DNA of 64,000 nucleotides, taken from assembly GCA_965203355.1 (NCBI GenBank), contig OZ241889.1, forward strand, positions 2,336,001 to 2,400,000. The letters run 5' to 3'. Below the pieces are notes generated by a model. It did not search any database. It saw only the letters and a program-made list of their open reading frames with translations, and was not told the origin of the DNA. Made by a program: the position numbers and the translations under genes. The DNA comes from Candidatus Latescibacterota bacterium. GTDB taxonomy: Bacteria; Latescibacterota; UBA2968; UBA8231. Below, in pieces: positions 1-8,948 of this stretch; the stretch's first letter is position 1; every line of letters starts with the position of its first letter.

Positions 1-63
1 AACGACGAAGGAGCGGAGGGCGCGATGCACTTGGCCGCGCGAGAGCGAAGGCGCATTTTCCAT
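1..63 (-). CDS. Possible N-terminus of a gene running off the window edge (MENAPSLSRGQVHRALRSFVV...)
   Basis: ATG at 63 on the minus strand, open to the window edge, divergent from the 149 gene across an AT-rich spacer; too short to assign. Confidence 0.3.
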   Translation of the reverse strand, partial: MENAPSLSRGQVHRALRSFVV

Positions 64-148
64 TAAAAAAATATCGTTGCGATGTCAGTAAAGGGCAACG
101 AACTTTGTCCATAGGATTTTATTAAAACCACAACCAAGGAGGCGGATT

Positions 149-955
149 ATGGCACTCAAGATGGGATACGCGACCCTGCGCTGGCGGCAGCCGGATTTGG
201 CAAAGGCCCTGCCCGAACTCAAAAAGGCCGGTTGGGACGGCTGGGAGGGGCGGTTGCCGCTTGATTGGTTGGGGCCGCCGAAGCGGCTGAAGCAGGTGTG
301 CGAGGACGCGGACTTGCCGCTGTGCGTGTTTACCGCGAGTGGCTCGCCCGAAAATAGCGATTGGGAGCATACCGAGCGCAACAAGCGCCGGATGGATTTC
401 GCCGCGGAGATGGGCGTGGATTGCTTCATGTTTATGAGTGGTCGCAAGCCAGCGGGGCGGCCGGTGGAACGCGCCGATATCGAGCGGGCGGCCGAGGGGG
501 CCGAGCAGTGGGCCGAGTACGCGGCCCAGTACGGGCTGGAGCTAAGCTACCACATCCACACCAACCTGCTGGTGGATTCGGCCGAGGACTGGCGGCTGTA
601 CATGAGCTTGTTGGACAAGACGCGGCTGTGCATTGATGTCTCGCACGCCGAGTTGTGGGGCTGCGATCCGGTACAGTCGCTGACGGACTTTTGGCCCCAG
701 CTCAACTACGTCCACCTACAGGACTATACGTCTTGTACCGTGCGTGCGCCGGGGGGCTACAATCCCGCCTGGGTTTCGGTCGGCGAAGGCGAGTGCCTCG
801 ACTTTGCCGGGGTCCTCAACACGCTCGCCGAGCGGGGCTTTGACCGCTGGGTGACTAGCTGCCCGGGCGAGCCAGCCTACGAGGGCGAGGATGCAATCAG
901 CGAGGCGCGGCGGAGTGCCGGGATGCGCCAGTATTTGCACAGGTTGGGGTACTAG
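149..955 (+). CDS. Sugar-phosphate isomerase/epimerase, xylose-isomerase-like TIM barrel (IolE-like)
   Basis: SD AAGGAG; GWDGWE, YHIH, CIDVSH, YVHLQD and VGEGECLDF motifs. Confidence 0.8.
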   Translation: MALKMGYATLRWRQPDLAKALPELKKAGWDGWEGRLPLDWLGPPKRLKQVCEDADLPLCVFTASGSPENSDWEHTERNKRRMDFAAEMGVDCFMFMSGRKPAGRPVERADIERAAEGAEQWAEYAAQYGLELSYHIHTNLLVDSAEDWRLYMSLLDKTRLCIDVSHAELWGCDPVQSLTDFWPQLNYVHLQDYTSCTVRAPGGYNPAWVSVGEGECLDFAGVLNTLAERGFDRWVTSCPGEPAYEGEDAISEARRSAGMRQYLHRLGY

Positions 956-1344
956 TGAGCGACGCCACGCTGGCCCAACTCACCGCCCAAATCCGCGGCT
1001 TTGTGGAAGAGCGCGACTGGGCGCAATTTCACACGCCCAAGGACTTGGCGATTGGTCTTTCGACTGAAGCGGCCGAAGTCTTGGAGCACTTTCGCTTCCG
1101 CTCCGACCAAGAGATCGCCAAGTGCTTAGAAGGCGAATCCTTCCGGCGGGCCGTCGGCCACGAATTGGCCGACGCGCTGTACTTTGTCCTGCTTATGTGC
1201 GACCGCTTCGGTTTGGACGCCGCGCAAATGCTGGAGGAGAAACTGGCCATTTCGGCCCGGCGTTATCCAGTGGAAAAGGCCCGGGGCAAAAACCTCAAAT
1301 ACACCGCCTACCAAGTTCCTACAACGCGCGACGACATCCCGTAA
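955..1344 (+). CDS. MazG-like nucleotide pyrophosphohydrolase (dCTPase-like)
   Basis: ERDWAQFHTPKDL, EAAEVLE, ELAD, RYPVEKARG; start overlaps the upstream stop. Confidence 0.9.
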   Translation: MSDATLAQLTAQIRGFVEERDWAQFHTPKDLAIGLSTEAAEVLEHFRFRSDQEIAKCLEGESFRRAVGHELADALYFVLLMCDRFGLDAAQMLEEKLAISARRYPVEKARGKNLKYTAYQVPTTRDDIP

Positions 1345-1387
1345 AGAAGCCGACGAAAAACCTACCGCTTTCGCCCGCTGCGGACGC

Positions 1388-2758
1388 TTACAACACCAAC
1401 TCGTCCGGTGGCTGGTAGTCGCTTTTGCGCGGATCCCAACGGGTGCCGCATTTGTCGCTAATGACCACCCATTCACCGGCACTGAGATTGCCTTGGTGGT
1501 GGTAGTTGAAGCGCCGCAGCCCCGCGGCCTCGGCGGCGTCGAGCAGCATCTTGAGGTCGCGCGCCGACATTGGATCGCCGTCGTGGGGAAAGCGACCGGT
1601 GTCGAGCCAGGGTACGATGCGCTCGGGGTCGTCAACCGCCGCGAGTGCCCGTCGCGTCTCCTGCGTTACCACCTCGGCGAAAAACGCTGGATTGAGGGCA
1701 CACTCGAAGTCGAGCGTGTCGTCGGTCACGCCCGGCAGGACGATGCCAAAGAGGGCCTGCACCACCTCGAGAGTATCGGCCACGCTGAGCCCCGGATTCC
1801 ACTCCAGAAGCGTCTGCGAATAGCGGTAGACCGTGCCGAGGAAGCCGTCGAAGCCGCGGTGAAAGAAGTAGTGCTTAGGCAGCAGGAAATCCATGAACTG
1901 GGCCAGATCTACGAAATCGTACCCGCACAAAGGCGCAAAGGCGGCTGAGCGCGGGCCGCATCCCAATCGCACTGGGCGCGCTAGCTCAGCGGCGACGCCG
2001 GCGCGGATGCGGCGAAAATAGCGAGTCAGCGAGTCGGCCCGGAACGACAACCAAGCCATCAGATCGGGGTCGGCTCCGAGCATGCGGTAGGCGCCGACTA
2101 GGCCGCCGCGGGCGTGTCCGCGGACGCGCCCCGGGTCGATATTGTGGAACAGGGACAGCAGCCTGTCTTTTGCGGCCACCATGGCCTCGTAGTCGTACCC
2201 CAGATCGGCGGCCATCGGCGCTACAGATTGCGGCAGGTCGTGGAAGAGGTAGGAGCGGTGATTCATGTGATGGGGGGCAATTTCGTACCCCCATTCCGGC
2301 CCGTCCATCACGGCACCGTCGGCCATCGGGAAGTGCTCTAGCGTATCGACCATGCGCGCCACCCGCGATGCCAGCGTCTTGTCGTCGTGTAGGTGGTGGC
2401 CCGGCCCGCCTGGACCAGCCCCACCGTCCGCGTACATACAGTAAACCTGCATCCCGCGGTCCTTGGCGGCGTTCATCGTCCTTTCTAACAAGGCCCTTTT
2501 TTGGGGCAGTTTGTGTTCGGGTGGTTGCGGTGGCTCGACCCCGAGTCGCTCGTACACAGCCGGGTTCGGATCGTACGCTTCCGCTACGAGGGCATCAGTG
2601 GGAGCGGATACGGCATCTTTCGCTAGTTTTGCCGTGCCGAAAACGAGTGGACCGAACACGACGCCGTCGACACCGCCCGCTGCCCAAGCATCGAATACGC
2701 GCTCGTGATCGTTCATTACGCGCTCGAGATCGCGCATTACATCCATCCAGAGCTTCAT
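1388..2758 (-). CDS. Hypothetical ~456 aa protein, probably a TIM-barrel or glycoside-hydrolase-like fold
   Basis: Long ORF with strong SD AGGAGG before ATG at 2758; DGAVMDGPEWGY and DFLLPKHY patterns; the fold is inferred. Confidence 0.65.
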   Translation of the reverse strand: MKLWMDVMRDLERVMNDHERVFDAWAAGGVDGVVFGPLVFGTAKLAKDAVSAPTDALVAEAYDPNPAVYERLGVEPPQPPEHKLPQKRALLERTMNAAKDRGMQVYCMYADGGAGPGGPGHHLHDDKTLASRVARMVDTLEHFPMADGAVMDGPEWGYEIAPHHMNHRSYLFHDLPQSVAPMAADLGYDYEAMVAAKDRLLSLFHNIDPGRVRGHARGGLVGAYRMLGADPDLMAWLSFRADSLTRYFRRIRAGVAAELARPVRLGCGPRSAAFAPLCGYDFVDLAQFMDFLLPKHYFFHRGFDGFLGTVYRYSQTLLEWNPGLSVADTLEVVQALFGIVLPGVTDDTLDFECALNPAFFAEVVTQETRRALAAVDDPERIVPWLDTGRFPHDGDPMSARDLKMLLDAAEAAGLRRFNYHHQGNLSAGEWVVISDKCGTRWDPRKSDYQPPDELVL

Positions 2759-2914
2759 AGTCAACCTCCTCGTATCTTGTAGTGGGTAGGCGTAAAGCGG
2801 TGTGCCCTGTCGAAGGAGACGCGCAATCGGGGGGGCTTTCGGGGGGGCACGGATTGTAAGCGAGGGAAGAACGCGATGGCGCGGTTGTCCGCTTCAATGG
2901 CGATTTCCAGGGCC

Positions 2915-3871
2915 CTAGTACCCCTTCTTTTTGTCGATGATATTGAGCACGGGTTCACCCTTGAGGTAGCGCTCTAACTGGGCGCAAAAGAACTCGTAGA
3001 TCTTGCGCGGGCGGTGCTGTGAGGCCCCGGCCCGATGCGGGGTGAGGATGATGTTGGGTGCGTCCCACAACGGGGATTCGGGGGGCAACGGCTCGATTTC
3101 AGTAACGTCGATACCGGCTCCGGCGATCTGCCCGTCGTGCAGGGCCGCGCAGAGAGCGTCCTCGTCGATGATGCCGCCCCGCGTTACGTTGATCAGGTAG
3201 GCACTCTTTTTCATCCGCGCCAGTTCCTCGCGCCCGATGAGGTGGTACGTCTCCTTGGTGCGCGGACAGGCCATCATCACTACGTCGGCGCGACAGAGAA
3301 GGCTATGTAGGTTTTCGCGGGTGTTGTCTCGGAGCTCGGAAACGCCCGGCGGTGGCTCGCGGCGCACCGGATCAATGGCGATGATTGGCATGTCGTAGCC
3401 AGCGGCCCGTTTGGCCATTTCAAGCCCAAAGCCTCCCAGCCCCACCAGGCCCAAGGTCTGCCCGGTCAGCTCGACGGTGGCTCCACCTGCCCACTGGCGC
3501 TGATCGTTGTGGCGAATCGACTGATCGATGCCCCGGGTCAGGGCGAGGAGCAAGGCCCAAGCGTGTTCGCCGCCTTGGGGGGCGTACAGCCCGGCCACGT
3601 TGGAAATGGCGACTTCGTCGCGGGCGATGATGGCGGGGAAGAGGAATTTATCCATGCCAGTGCTAAAAGACTGAATCCAGCGTAGGTTGGGCGCGGCAGC
3701 ACAGACCGCGGGCGGGAAGTGGCCGACGATGACGTCGATTTCGCTGGCCACGGAGAGGGCTTCTTGTTCGTCGTTGGCCACAAAGACTTCGTGCCCGCCG
3801 TTTTCGCGGGCGATTTGGCGCAGGTGGTCGTGCTGTTCGTCGGTGAATGGGTAATGCACTAGGATCTTCAC
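2915..3871 (-). CDS. D-isomer-specific 2-hydroxyacid dehydrogenase (NAD-binding)
   Basis: GLVGLGGFG Rossmann motif, INVTRG, GIDVTEIEPLP, TPH; GGAGG SD before GTG at 3871. Confidence 0.92.
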   Translation of the reverse strand: MKILVHYPFTDEQHDHLRQIARENGGHEVFVANDEQEALSVASEIDVIVGHFPPAVCAAAPNLRWIQSFSTGMDKFLFPAIIARDEVAISNVAGLYAPQGGEHAWALLLALTRGIDQSIRHNDQRQWAGGATVELTGQTLGLVGLGGFGLEMAKRAAGYDMPIIAIDPVRREPPPGVSELRDNTRENLHSLLCRADVVMMACPRTKETYHLIGREELARMKKSAYLINVTRGGIIDEDALCAALHDGQIAGAGIDVTEIEPLPPESPLWDAPNIILTPHRAGASQHRPRKIYEFFCAQLERYLKGEPVLNIIDKKKGY

Positions 3872-3884
3872 GCGGACCTCCAAA

Positions 3885-4886
3885 CTAGGTTGAGAAATGG
3901 GATAGGATAGGATCGATGCGATCGGCGAGCGATTGTGCTAGGCGCGGCCCGAAGCGGGTTACGACCTGCGCGGCCGCATAGCAGCCGAGGCGCGCCGCGT
4001 CTAAAGGGCTGTACCCGTAGGATAGCCCATAGAGTGCGCCACCGGCAAAGAGATCGCCCGCACCGTTGGTATCGATAGCTTGCACTGGGACGCCCGGCAC
4101 TTGGTGGTGGGTGCCGTCGGCATACACTAGGGCCCCATCGGCCCCGCACGTTACGTAGGCTGTGCCGACTTGGGCCGCGAGGGCTGCGCCGGCTACCTCG
4201 CGGTCGTCGGTCTCGGTACTGGTGAGGGCTTCCTCCTCATTGCAGAAGAGCAGATCTACGCCGTGTTGCAAGAGTGCGTCAAAGCGTGCCCGAAAGGCCC
4301 GGACGGCAGCGGGATCGCTCAGGGTCAAGGCAACGGTCGCGCCGTGGCGTTGGGCTATTTGTTGTGCTCGGCGTGCGGCGGCAAAGCCGTCGTCCGAGCT
4401 GAGGAGATAGCCTTCTATATAAACGAACTGGCTGTCGGCGATGACCTCCTCGTGGAGTTGGGCCGGGCCGATGGCGTTGCTGATGCCCAAGAAAGTGTTG
4501 AGGGTGCGGTCGGCGTCTGGAGTAACAAAAACCAAGCACTGGCCCGTCTTGCCCACGCCGCGGTTGGCCGGATGCGTAGCCACGCCGGCTGCTTCGAGGT
4601 CGCGCTGGTAAAAATCGCCCCAAGCGTCGCGGCCCGTCAGGCAAGCGTAATAGGTGCGGCCGCCATAGCAGGCGACGCCAATGAGGGTGTTGGCCGCCGA
4701 ACCGCCCGAAGCCGAGGCGACTGGCTCGCCAGCAACCGCCGTTGTGAGGTGGTGCTGCCTCGCCTCATCGACGAGGGTCATAACCCCTTTTTTAATTTGG
4801 TGTTCGGCGAGGAATTCCGGGGGGACTTGATATTGGATGTCCACTAGGGCGTGGCCAATTCCATAGACATCGTACGTGCGGGGCAT
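3885..4886 (-). CDS. PfkB-family kinase (adenosine kinase-like)
   Basis: GIGHALVD, SGGSAANT, DADRTLNTFLG, NEEE, DTNGAGD; start trimmed to MPRTYDV. Confidence 0.9.
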   Translation of the reverse strand: MPRTYDVYGIGHALVDIQYQVPPEFLAEHQIKKGVMTLVDEARQHHLTTAVAGEPVASASGGSAANTLIGVACYGGRTYYACLTGRDAWGDFYQRDLEAAGVATHPANRGVGKTGQCLVFVTPDADRTLNTFLGISNAIGPAQLHEEVIADSQFVYIEGYLLSSDDGFAAARRAQQIAQRHGATVALTLSDPAAVRAFRARFDALLQHGVDLLFCNEEEALTSTETDDREVAGAALAAQVGTAYVTCGADGALVYADGTHHQVPGVPVQAIDTNGAGDLFAGGALYGLSYGYSPLDAARLGCYAAAQVVTRFGPRLAQSLADRIDPILSHFST

Positions 4887-5042
4887 GGGCTTTCCTTTGA
4901 GTGGAAATAGACAAAATAACCCATTCGCTCGTGGCGGCCAAAAGGAAGGGCAAATCTTTGCTTGTTTTAATTCGCACTGAGAATATATTAAAAACTCTGC
5001 GGGAGACGCCCGCGCTTTCCACCCTTTAAGGAGGTTGATGCA

Positions 5043-5564
5043 ATCGCAGCAAAGAAAAAGAGTTTTACGAGAGTAAACGGTGATATTCGCGTGCCCCAAA
5101 TCCGGCTCATCGGGTCTGATGGGGGGCAGGTGGGGATCATCGAAACGGCCCGTGCCTTGGCCATGGCGGAGGAAGCCAATCTCGACTTAGTAGAAGTGGC
5201 CGCTGAAGCGCGCCCGCCGGTCTGCCGGATTATCGACTACGGCAAGTTCCGCTACGACCAAGAGAAAAAGGCCAAGGAAGCGCGCAAGAAGCAGCACAAC
5301 GTGCAGATGAAGGGCATTCGCATCGCCCAACCTACCATTTCCGAACACGACCTCGAATACCGGACGAGCCACATCCGCACGTTTATCGAAAAGGGGAACC
5401 GGGTCAAAGTCAGCGTCCGCTTCCGCGGGCGGCAGATGGCCTATCAGGACCGAGGCCGCGAGTTACTGCAAAATCTGGCCGGCAAGCTCAAGGATGTAGC
5501 TATCGTCGATCAGGCTCCCAAGATGGAAGGCCGCGAAATGTCGCTCATTCTCAGACCTCTCTGA
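5043..5564 (+). CDS. infC: Translation initiation factor IF-3, probable ATC start
   Basis: RVNGDIR, LDLVEVA..PPVCRIIDYGK, FRGRQ; TAAGGAGGT SD 7-8 nt before the in-frame ATC at 5043. Confidence 0.96.
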   Translation: MAAKKKSFTRVNGDIRVPQIRLIGSDGGQVGIIETARALAMAEEANLDLVEVAAEARPPVCRIIDYGKFRYDQEKKAKEARKKQHNVQMKGIRIAQPTISEHDLEYRTSHIRTFIEKGNRVKVSVRFRGRQMAYQDRGRELLQNLAGKLKDVAIVDQAPKMEGREMSLILRPL

Positions 5565-5578
5565 GGTTGGTCTGAACA

Positions 5579-5633
5579 GCGCAAGCAAAAAGGCCGATGT
5601 CCGCACTGTGGACGTCGGCCTTTTTGTTTGCGC
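5579..5633. terminator. Bidirectional intrinsic terminator between infC and the convergent PhyH gene
   Basis: AAAAAGGCCGATGTCCGC-ACT-GTGGACGTCGGCCTTTTT, with arms extending to ~26 bp and A/T tracts on both sides. Confidence 0.88.
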
Positions 5634-5683
5634 GATGGACGCTTGGCACTAAGGGAGATAATCTCTTTCTTTAGGACGGTCGC

Positions 5684-6484
5684 TCAGGAGGCGACCAGCA
5701 CGTGTTCGGTAGTGCCATTGAGGCCGGCGATGACTGGGAAGGTCTTCGACTGCGGGCCATTGGCACCGGGCACGTAGTGCACGTGCGGTGAGAAATAGGC
5801 GTAGAGTGCGGTGTTGCGCGAGCGGTTGGTCTGGTTGGGGCCGGAACCGTGGACCAGCAAGCTGTGGAACAGCACAGCGGATCCGGCCGCGAGCGGCACG
5901 TCAATTTGGCGCGAGCTATCGATGTCTTCGCGGTTAGTCAGCGGGCCTCCTTGTTGTTGGGCGATGTGTCCCCATTCCTGTAAGCCCCAATGGTGGCTGC
6001 CGGGAATGATTTTGATGCAGCCGTTGTCTGGAGTGGCGTCGTCGAGGGCGATGCTTACAGTTGCGAGCGCGGGCGGCTCTATTGGCCAATAAGCCGAGTC
6101 TTGGTGCAGGGCGTGGGCTGAGCCGTGGAAGGCGGGTTTGAGCATGAGGGTGCTGCGGAAGAGCAGTAGGTCGTCTCCGAGGAGCGATTGCACGATGGCG
6201 ACTAAGTGGGGATGGGCCGCGAGTTGGGCAAAGCACGGCGACAGGGCGCGGGTGTTCTCGATTTTGCGCAGCACTGGCAGGCCGTTGCGGTTTTGGTCTT
6301 TAGAGAAAGGCTCGCGCTGAAAGTGGCGGCTGAGTGGGTCTTGGCTGGCCTCTAAGTCGGCGGCTAGTTGGTGCAGACGTTGGATATCGCGCTGGCATTC
6401 GGCGACTTCGCGGCTGTTGATCAGTTCGGGGACGATTAGGTAGCCCTGCTGCTCGAAAAAAGCGCGCTGCTCGTGGGGTTCCAT
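5684..6484 (-). CDS. Phytanoyl-CoA dioxygenase family (Fe/2OG) protein
   Basis: HQD (HxD), ALDDATPDNGC..IPGSH, FHSLLVHGSGPN..R. Confidence 0.9.
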   Translation of the reverse strand: MEPHEQRAFFEQQGYLIVPELINSREVAECQRDIQRLHQLAADLEASQDPLSRHFQREPFSKDQNRNGLPVLRKIENTRALSPCFAQLAAHPHLVAIVQSLLGDDLLLFRSTLMLKPAFHGSAHALHQDSAYWPIEPPALATVSIALDDATPDNGCIKIIPGSHHWGLQEWGHIAQQQGGPLTNREDIDSSRQIDVPLAAGSAVLFHSLLVHGSGPNQTNRSRNTALYAYFSPHVHYVPGANGPQSKTFPVIAGLNGTTEHVLVAS

Positions 6485-6566
6485 GCGGCACTCCCGCTGT
6501 TGAGGTGATGACCCGCTAAGTGTACACGGGTCGCCGCCTGGATGTCAACTGATCCCTAGCGAACAC

Positions 6567-8300
6567 ATGAAGCGATTTTTTTCATTTATTCCTTGGCTGC
6601 CCGAACTCGGCCGGCCGGCCGTCTTGCGCGCCGATGTGCTCGCGGGCCTGACTGTGGCGACGATCCTCGTGCCCCAGGCCATGGCCTATGCCGAATTGGC
6701 GGGACTGCCGCCGGTCTATGGGTTGTACGCGGCCTTTCTGCCGCCGGCTGTGGCCGCGCTGTTTGGTTCGTCCCGGCACTTGTCCACCGGTCCGGTGGCC
6801 ATCGCTTCGCTCATCAGCGCGACGACCGTGCAGGGGCTTGCTCCCGAAGGCGGCGAGCTGTATATCGCCTATTCGCTGGTTTTGGGTTTGTTCGTCGGTC
6901 TGATACGGATCGCTTTGGGCGCGTTGCGCTTGGGCTTGTTGATCGATCTGCTATCCAGCCCGGTGGTCGTCGGCTTTACCAATGCCGCAGCCTTTATCAT
7001 CGCCATCTCCCAACTGCACAAGATATTCGGTGTGGAGCCTCAGCCGGGCGGACATTTGCTGGCGGCCGTCCGCGTTATTGACGTAGCACTGTCAGCGGTT
7101 CATTGGCCGACGTTGGGGATGGCGGTGCTGGCCGGAGGACTGCTGGTGGTTTTGCGCCGCGTACGCTGGGAACTGCCGAGTATGTTGACGACGCTGGTGG
7201 TCACCACGCTCATTGCTTGGCTGACCGGGTTCAGCGGGGAAGTGGTCGGCGAGGTTCCACGCGGTTTGCCGCAACTTTTGGTGCCGGACTTAGACGTGGC
7301 GATCTTGTCCCAACTCTTCGTGGGGGCCTTGACCTTGACCATGCTCGGCCTGATGGAGGCCATGGCCATTGCCAAGACCCTGGCTGCGCGGACGCGGCAA
7401 TCGCTCGATATCAATCGGGAACTCATCGGTCAAGGCATGGCCAATGTGATCGGCGGGCTTTTCCAAAGCTATGCGACTTCAGGCTCGTTTTCGCGCTCGG
7501 CGGTCAACTACCAAAGTGGGGCGCGGACGGGTTTTGCCTCGGTCGTCGCGTCGCTGGCCATCGCCGCGACCCTGCTTTGGCTCACGCCGCTGTTGTATTA
7601 TTTGCCGCAAGCGACCCTCGCCGTTGTCATCACCGTCGCGGTGTGCGGCTTGGTGCGCATCCAGCCCCTAGTGACAGCTTGGCGTATCAAGGCCCACGAC
7701 GGGTTGATCGGGATTGCGACGTTTTTCGGTACGCTGGCCTTGGCACCGGACCTGCACTTGGGGGTTGCCCTCGGCGTGGGAGCCTCGCTGGTGATCAACT
7801 TCTACCGCACCATGCGGCCGCGCGTGGTTTTTCTCGCTCGGCATCCAGACGGCACGATGCGTGCAAGCGACGCGGGCTTGAGGCCAGACCAGCAACTCGC
7901 GATTATGCGCTTTGACGGCCAATTGTACTTTGGCTCGGGCCGTTATTTTGAGGACAAGGTGCTCGAAACGATCGCCTCAGTACCCGAACTGAGGTACTTA
8001 ATTCTCGATGCGGACGGGATCAATCAGATCGACACATCTGGCGAACAGGCACTGCGCAACGCAGTCGAGTACCTGCGCGAAGTCGGGCTAGACCTATACT
8101 TTACGCGGGCCAAACGGCAGTTTACCGACGCGCTGGAGCGGTCGGGGCTGATGGAGCAGATTGGCCGCGATCACTTTTTTCGCTGGAACCAGCACGCGCT
8201 TGATTACCTGTGGGCACGGCTACATCCCGACTACAAGGCGCGGTGTCCGCTCAACATGCCTCGTGCCCAGACAGCTCAGAATATTGAGTATTATATATAA
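6567..8300 (+). CDS. SulP/SLC26 anion transporter with STAS domain
   Basis: PQAMAYAELAGLP..GLY, GSFSRSAVN, C-terminal STAS (DADGINQIDTSG). Confidence 0.95.
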   Translation: MKRFFSFIPWLPELGRPAVLRADVLAGLTVATILVPQAMAYAELAGLPPVYGLYAAFLPPAVAALFGSSRHLSTGPVAIASLISATTVQGLAPEGGELYIAYSLVLGLFVGLIRIALGALRLGLLIDLLSSPVVVGFTNAAAFIIAISQLHKIFGVEPQPGGHLLAAVRVIDVALSAVHWPTLGMAVLAGGLLVVLRRVRWELPSMLTTLVVTTLIAWLTGFSGEVVGEVPRGLPQLLVPDLDVAILSQLFVGALTLTMLGLMEAMAIAKTLAARTRQSLDINRELIGQGMANVIGGLFQSYATSGSFSRSAVNYQSGARTGFASVVASLAIAATLLWLTPLLYYLPQATLAVVITVAVCGLVRIQPLVTAWRIKAHDGLIGIATFFGTLALAPDLHLGVALGVGASLVINFYRTMRPRVVFLARHPDGTMRASDAGLRPDQQLAIMRFDGQLYFGSGRYFEDKVLETIASVPELRYLILDADGINQIDTSGEQALRNAVEYLREVGLDLYFTRAKRQFTDALERSGLMEQIGRDHFFRWNQHALDYLWARLHPDYKARCPLNMPRAQTAQNIEYYI

Positions 8301-8305
8301 AAGGT

Positions 8306-8635
8306 TTAGAACCGCTTAGCGTCGGTGGGGGGGCTGTCTGTGGCGGAGGGCGCGTCGGAGAGCAAGCGATTGAAGGAGTCGAGGCGCGCATCGGTGCGAT
8401 TGAGTAGCGCGTCCTTATGCTGACGGGCGCGGAGCACTTCCTCGGCGATATTGAGCGCAGCTAGGATGGCGATGTCGAGCGGCCCTCGGTGCTTGATCGT
8501 CGCGGCGATCTGCTGCATTTTCTCGTCGAGATAGGCTGCGGTGTGCCGAACGTGCTCGGGATCTTGCTCGTCGCTGTTGACGAGATGATAGAGCTGATTG
8601 TAGATGCGGACCGTGACTGACTGTGATTGTGCCAT
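8306..8635 (-). CDS. zapA: Cell division protein ZapA
   Basis: VTVRIYNQLY, AAYLDEKM, AILAALNIAEE followed by a coiled coil. Confidence 0.9.
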   Translation of the reverse strand: MAQSQSVTVRIYNQLYHLVNSDEQDPEHVRHTAAYLDEKMQQIAATIKHRGPLDIAILAALNIAEEVLRARQHKDALLNRTDARLDSFNRLLSDAPSATDSPPTDAKRF

Positions 8636-8650
8636 GAGATCTCGGAAGAT

Positions 8651-8701
8651 AAAAAGTGGGGACTCCCGCGATCTCCCCTTGTCCCGGAAGTCCCCTCTTT
8701 T
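8651..8701 (-). terminator. Terminator-like hairpin in the zapA 5' leader
   Basis: Minus strand AAAAGAGGGGACTTCCG...CGGGAGTCCCCACTTTTT, 17-bp imperfect arms. Confidence 0.55.
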
Positions 8702-8727
8702 GCGCGCTAACCACGTGGTGATTAACC

Positions 8728-8756
8728 AATCTATTGGGGTAGAGAATAGTTGTCAA
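8728..8756 (-). promoter_or_regulatory. sigma70-type promoter for zapA
   Basis: TTGACA-17 nt-TAGATT on the minus strand. Confidence 0.65.
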
Positions 8757-8948
8757 CAATATGTTGGATATTTTTACAAAAAAATGGGCCACTCGTTTGC
8801 AAAAAACAAAGAAAGCGACAAGTGCGGAAATTTGACGGCCCGTAGTGTGCGTCCTTAGTTATTGAAGTGTCCCTGCCAAGTTGACCAAAGTGCGCGCTAG
8901 GCCCTCGGCCAAGTGAAGAAGGTGCGCGCTGCCGATCAATGCCTACAT

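Noticed and set aside
1184-1948. 254 aa plus-strand ORF, and similar long antisense ORFs such as 9810-10685, 30393-31223 and 56821-57687
   Set aside because: These are shadow frames of well-supported genes in GC-rich DNA and have no motifs.
4887-5099. N-terminal extension of the PfkB kinase ORF
   Set aside because: It overlaps the infC start and the intergenic promoter region; homology begins at MPRTYDV.
8280-8310. 6S RNA (ssrS) downstream of zapA
   Set aside because: zapA ends 5 nt from the convergent sulP stop, leaving no room for it.
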